From NCBI RefSeq assembly GCF_009914755.1, contig NC_060925.1: 64,000 nt of DNA, one strand, 5' to 3'. The position numbers were made by a program, and so were the translations under genes. Below, piece by piece: positions 55,776 to 64,000 of this stretch (position 1 is its first letter; each line of letters begins with the position of its first letter). The notes under the pieces were generated by a model. It was not told the DNA's origin. It was given only the letters and a program-made list of their open reading frames with translations, and ran no database searches. The stretch comes from the human T2T-CHM13v2.0 reference genome, Homo sapiens.

Positions 55776-58700
55776 AAAAAGTAAAAAAGAAAAAAAAAAT
55801 AGCTCTACAACTTCGGTTTGTAGAATCGAAAAGATGAGGTCAGGAAGGGGCCGGGGCTCACAGTTTCTGAGTTTTGGTGCTTCCAGGGACCCAGGAGATC
55901 CTCAAGCCCTGGGGCACATCAGGAGTGAGGAGGGTGGGTGTTCTGGGCTGGACTGTGACTTGATATTCCTTCAAATGGATATTTTAAAAAATGTTCATTT
56001 AATATTTGTTTTGTAGGCTGAAGAGAACGATTTGACATTAACCCAAACTGTGTATTTCTTTGCTAATGTACCAAATAAGGCATTTGTTATATGTGGTTTT
56101 CTACCCCAAACATCTTTTACACCAATGGCATACTAAACTGTTTTCAATTTAGATGATTAAAGAAACTGCCTATGAGCAGAACAAAAGCACTATACTGGGG
56201 TTTCAGTTTCCTGGGACTGCATCTTAAGATGAGTGCAAGGAATTTTTGTTTTCCACTGGAGGGCACTGCCCACCCTGGTGGGAACAGAGAGATCCCTATG
56301 TAGTGGCTGAGTTATCTGGCACAGGCCTTAACTGGCTCTGAGTCTTCTATTGACTGCAGGGATGTTTTGTGCCCCCTTTAGAACTACACCCTGGACAGCT
56401 GACCCTGACAAGGAATAAGGTTGAAAGATGGGTTGCCACCTCTTGCTCCAACCCTGGTTGGGGCCATGGCTAGACTCAGAAGCCCAAAGCCACAGAATCA
56501 CTGAGGTGAACAACTTTAGGTGAACGAAAGAGTCAGCTTCCCTGCTGAGGTTTTCCATCCCATATTTATGACAAAGGGCTCTGCTGGGGCCTGCACACAG
56601 CCATGGTCTGCAGCCACACCCTAGGTCCCTGCCACTCTGCTGTGTCCTGTCCCAGTTCTCTGCTCACCTGAGGGGCAGTGCTTGGGTCTTGGGAAGACCA
56701 CTTGGTCCAGGTCACAGGAAGGATATGATTTATGGTCCTTTTGTCCAAAAGATCCTTTCCTGTCTCAGCCCCCTGCCTACTCGATAGACTCTGCTGCGCG
56801 TCAGTCACAGACATATTTGTTTCTGTGTACCTTGGGAGAAAAACACGAGTGTGGTTCTCAAAAGGATTCGGAGCTCCTGCGGGGGCTGGCCTGGTACAGG
56901 GCAGGAAAATATTCTGGGTCTAGTGAGGACAGAGGGGCCTTTATTTGGGAGCTGAAGATTAATGAGGAGGATTAACTGGATCTAAACAGAGAGAAACACT
57001 GGTGTGAGTAAGAAGACGTGGGCACATTTCTGACGGAGACGAGTCATGGAGGAGCCTGTGAAATTCTGTCTCAAAGCTAAACCCCAAAGATTAAGTAAAC
57101 AAATATGTCAAATGGCAGCTTGACATGTTCTTGTTATTTTACATTTTGCTCGATTGGCATTTCTCATCAAATTAGCGGCAAAGCTCCCTTATGTTTCCTG
57201 ACGGGGGGTTAGCACAGTGGTTCACTGCACAGACTGCCTGAGTTCGAACCCTAGTTTGGATGCTTACTAGGGACTTTGGACCCAAAGTTACTAAACCTCT
57301 CAGTACCTCAGTTTCCCCATCTGTACAATGGCAATAATAAAAATAGCACCTACATGTTGTAACCAGCACACCACACTAGCATTACCTGGAGGGATCTCTT
57401 CAGTGAGGTAAACCAATAAGATGTCCAGGAAGGAACGAACAATCTTTTCTCGGATGTGCTTCAATTCCCCAGAAGCTGAACATGGTAGGAAGAAATCAGT
57501 TTGTTCAGATCATGTTCTGTTATTATCTTGAAGTTTAGAAGCACAGGTTTATGTAGGCAGAGCTCAATAACAGCTCCATTTGGGAACACAGATACACAAA
57601 TCTTATCTAAGTACTTCTTAATACCTTGCTTAAACATATGAGTCACTGTTTCACAGTAAAATGGAATGTTTGCTCAATATGGGCTATGATCTTAATACTG
57701 TGCTATTCTTTTTTTTTTTTTGGTAGAAAAAGCATAAGGAGAGTGGGCTTTGAAGTCTGTCCTGGCTCCTCTCAGATTGTGTCCAAATCAAACCTCCCAA
57801 ACCATGTGTGTTCCCTGAGACAGGCCTCACTGTTGCTGCGACTCCCTTCTAGAAGGAGGCAGTGCTAGGGAATGTTGCTCACCCCCTAGACCACCAGTTC
57901 CCAAGCACCAAAGGAAGACGTTACTGCCAAGCACCAAAGGAAGACTCTGCTTCTGTGGGGCCTTCAACAAGCCCCTCTACAGCTTGGACTCTGATGCAGG
58001 TGCTCCTTGTACCTCCCACTCCCAGAGAAACACTACCCTAACCCATCACCCCAACCTTTGAAGGAAATCAGTTAAACAAATAATGAAAATTCTACTTTTC
58101 TTTCCAAGTGGCAGAGAGGCTAGTTTCCATTAGGAGAAGTTCCAGCTAAGATAGAGGGTAGTCTTCATGCTAAAGCAAGGACTAGCAAGCCCGGGAGAGG
58201 GAGGAAGAAGGGTGTGTGTGCGCACCTGGGTCTGTGCCCATCCAGAATTAGGTTTCAAAGGGGGAACTATTGTGCCTGTGAAAACCTGAGTCATCAAAGT
58301 GCAAAGGGGGAAAAAGAATACAGAGAGGAGCAGTTGCGCAGGAGAGAGAGGAGGTCCCTTGAAAGGCAGTCATTTCCGTGCACTTTAAGGCAAACAGCTG
58401 GGCCCCCACCTGGACTCTGGAAAGCCTTGCAGGTGAGGAGGCTGAGCTGGCTGCTCTGAGGCCCAGACCAGGAGGCAACATGTGTTCTACATACACACTC
58501 CCTGGACCCATCTGGGGCTCAGCTGGGAAGGGATGAGACAAGGACCTGAGCTGCCAGATGCAATGCTCAGGGTCTCCAGCGGGTGTCAGAGAGTCAGGGC
58601 AACAGAAGGCGGGGCCCAGGACCCTCTCCTGGGAGCTGCCCCACTCCAGGAGCTGCTGGGGGTGGTATCTTAGTAGCAGTAGCCCCATGGGCAGAGGCAG

Positions 58701-61069
58701 CCTGCAGCTTACTGTCAGCGTGAGGGGAGGACAATGAGACATTTGAGAGCCTGCAGTGTCAGGCTGGCCATGCCTGGTCTCATTAGCCTTCAAGAAGGGG
58801 CCTGAGAAGAGGCTCTGGTGCAGGCCCAGGGAGGTAGGGTCAGAGGAAAGAGCCTGTGAGGGGTCTCAGGGGAGCTAAGCACCCACGGGAATTTGGCCCC
58901 AGCCAGGGAAAGATGAGAGAGAGGGTTCTTGCCTTATCTCCCTGTTGCAGTCTTAGTTGGACAAGTTGGGGCCCCAGTGTCCCCTGGAGGTGGCCTAACT
59001 GCAAAGCATGTAGGCCACAAGGGGCTTTTCTGGGTTGCCCCAGAAGTCCCCTGAGCCCTTGAGGAGCTGGATGCAATCAGAAGTGGGACCATATACTGCC
59101 CCCAACGTCTCCCACCCTATTTCTCAGACTCTGTCCCCACTATTTCCCACTCTACAAGGCGCCCTGTCTTCCTGCTCTGTCCTCTCTCTGACCTTCAGGC
59201 TGGTGGTCAGAGGTCCTCTTGGCGGTCCTGGGACCAAAAGTCTCATCTCAGCACCCTGAGGAGTCAGGGTCTGTTTCCACGTCTGGTAAACAGGAACAGT
59301 AACCCCTGGCTGCCCACAGGCTGTCACGAGGGCACCCTCGGCAGTGCTCCCCCAAACTCCCCTAGGGTTAAACTCACCTGGGGTGCTTGTGAAGTACCCA
59401 GGGTCCTGTGCCGCATCCCAGAGCCACTGGATCTGGATTTCTGGAGAGGAAGTCTGGCAAGCTAGAGTTTTAGCAGCTTGAGAAATGTTGGAAAGGAGTG
59501 AAGCAAAAAGGCCCCGTTCACTCACTCTTCTTGGTTTGAATCCTGCTCCACCCGCCAACTGCCTAGCTACAGGACCTGGGGGAATTTGCTCCTCTAACTC
59601 AATTTCCTCATTGGTAAAATAGGTTCCCATTAGAGCTTATCTTGTGATGTTGTTGTGAGGACTAAATACGAGGAGCAAGCCCCAGGCTGGCACAGAGAGG
59701 AGCCACAGTAACTGTGAATATCACTACTAGATAGGCTTATGGAGTGAACGTGCTTTGTAGGCTGATAGATGAATTTTTTCTTCTCTTTATATAAAGTGGG
59801 CTCTGCCCTCTCTTCAATAAAAGACAGTGTCTGCACCAACCAATCCTCAAAACTCAAGTATAGAAACTGGATTGTGCACTTAATCAGGGTGGAATAGAAC
59901 AGCCTGTGCCCACCCCCTCCGCTGATGGCTCATGAAATGGGCCAAGTGGGAGTGAGGCTGGCCTCCTGCAGCCCTGCACCTGGGCACCCTGCCCCATGAG
60001 GAGGAAGCAGGGCAGGGCCCTCTGTGCTCATACCCCTCTCCCTGACCCTTCCCTGCTTCAGGATTGCTGCCTTAAAAAAATTCTTTGACTGTTACCCCAA
60101 GTAGACCCACCCCGGATTTTACTGCATGCTGCAGCCCTCTTCATTCGTAAACCACCCCGTGGAGTCAGTCTGTTCAGTTCAAGGTGAAGATTTTAACTCA
60201 GGCTATTTATAATTCCTGCAATGGAGCGGGTGTTAGTTTCAAAGCAGTCATGCCAGATGTCAACTTAGAAGCTGAGAGGGAGACAAGCGTTATTATAAAT
60301 TAATGTTGCCAGTGATTAATATTTGATATTTTTAACACACGTTTGTCTCAGAGGAAAAAAATCCTCTTTAATTAATGTGGCTAGATGTTGTGCAGTCCTT
60401 CCACTGACGTGGGATTACTGAAAATCTTTGGGTATAGCTTTGGGCAAAAATCTGACAGAAGAAAATAATTGAACCCTGAAGTCAGAGTCAGAGTTTGATG
60501 CCCCAGTGTCTGTACACCTGTCTCCTTCAGCTGGGACTGTCGGGGTTGGGCATCCGCCAGTCTCCTTCCCCCTTCCATCCTTTCCCCTCGGGACCTCCTG
60601 CTCCCATTCTGGACTGGTCCAGGCTGGAGAAGACACTGGTTGGTTCCATCACGGCCTGGGAGTCTGGAGATTTTTCTTTAGTCTGGGCTTTGCCAATATG
60701 TGAAGTGGCTCATCCTGTAGACTGTCACTGGGTGGGAGGAGAGGCTTGCCCTATAGACCTCTGCTATTTTGTCTGCACAGTGCAAAAACAAATGGTTGCT
60801 CTTATTTCAAAGCTGGTATATTTCTCCCCACATCCACATTTCCTGTATCTCTTGGAAAATGGCAAATCCTGGCATCCCTAGTGTGGGTTCCCACAGTGGC
60901 ACTAACTTGTGATATTATCTTTCTTTTCAAATGTTCCTGAACCCGCCATTGATCTTGGCCTCCACTATACCTTCCTCAGGGTGGCCATCTGGTGGCTGGG
61001 GTTAGCATCTGACCTGCAGACAATTTGGTCTGCAGGTGTTGGCCTGCATTATGCTTAAAAAATAAATTG

Positions 61070-61575
<506 letters not shown>

Positions 61576-62464
61576 TTATTTTTAAATTTAGAATTTGAAG
61601 CACAATCTCTAGTATTTTGTAGGCCCATAAAATGTTACATGCCTACTCCTTAGTTTAGTAAAAATAGATATAATTTGGTAGAATCTCTGGTAGGCGATTT
61701 TTTTTTTTTTTTTACATCAGCTAACATATTCTTCTCCATTACCTGCCTGGCCCCTGTGGTCATCTGGGCTTTCACCCTTGCCAATGTCACTGAGCCTCAT
61801 GTTTCTTATCTGTTAAATGAGGCCTGAGAGGCTGGGGTAGAAAGATCATGGATTCTGGAGTTGAACTGGTCCTGGATTGAAATCCTGGCAACACTGTCTT
61901 CTCATCTTGGAGCTGAGTAACGACTTAAGTTCTTTAAGCTTCATTTTTCTCATTTGTAAAATATAGATAATAGCAACCACCCTGCATGCTCTTGGTGATG
62001 ACTAGATGAGAGGAGAATAATAAGAGCTTGCATTCATCGAGTGCCTGCTGTTGCCAGGCACCTTGCATGGCCTCACTGATCATCACAAAAAACCTACAAG
62101 GTAGAAGATGTTTCCAGATGAGGACGCCGAGGCTGGGAGGGATGACTGTCACAAGGGCAGAGCAGGGGCGCTGAGCACACAGTGGGCACTCAGGGACCCA
62201 GGGCTGTGTAAGAGACATTGCCAAGGTCGCCTCTACTCCTGAAAACCCCATGATTGAGACCCTGTCCCTCTACTTTTCACAGTGACCAGGCCAGGGAGGA
62301 GTGAGTTTTGCAGATGTTCAAAGACAGAACATAAAACCTGAAGGTGTCCCTCTTTATATTCTGAGTTTTCAAAAGGTGCATATTCCATTCATTAGATTAT
62401 AGTTTATGATATTTGGTTCATAAGAGTATACTGATTTTTATTTACAAGTAAACCTATTTTTTTA

Positions 62465-64000
<1,536 letters not shown>

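Noticed and set aside
61012-61037. 10-bp perfect hairpin ACCTGCAGAC-N6-GTCTGCAGGT
   Set aside because: Too short for a pre-miRNA and plausible by chance in 64 kb.

Overview
Human genomic DNA; an intact AluYa5 supports human rather than another ape. From the gene content this is the chr1p13 LAMTOR5-PROK1 interval. The left end holds the CpG-island promoter and first coding exon of LAMTOR5 (HBXIP, minus strand), head-to-head with the known lncRNA LAMTOR5-AS1. About 43 kb of repeat-rich sequence follows (many Alus, solo ERV1/HERV-H/MaLR LTRs, DNA transposons, L1/L2/MIR). Then comes the complete three-exon PROK1 (EG-VEGF) gene on the plus strand (CDS 44362-49496, 105 aa; AATAAA at 50481), and about 13 kb of downstream sequence. 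Most ORFs in the track are Alu-derived or chance. The most unusual structures are (1) a permuted copy of two PROK1 3'UTR segments inside PROK1 intron 2, carrying an ATTAAA; (2) two interleaved, near-perfect inverted-repeat pairs at 9.7-10.1 kb with pseudoknot/switch topology; (3) a compact NR5A1/CRE/HRE motif cluster about 3.7 kb upstream of PROK1; and (4) a sense-oriented solo LTR7 and a young AluYa5 near PROK1. I found no new protein-coding system that I can support. Repeat subfamily names come from recalled consensus sequences and need RepeatMasker/Dfam confirmation.
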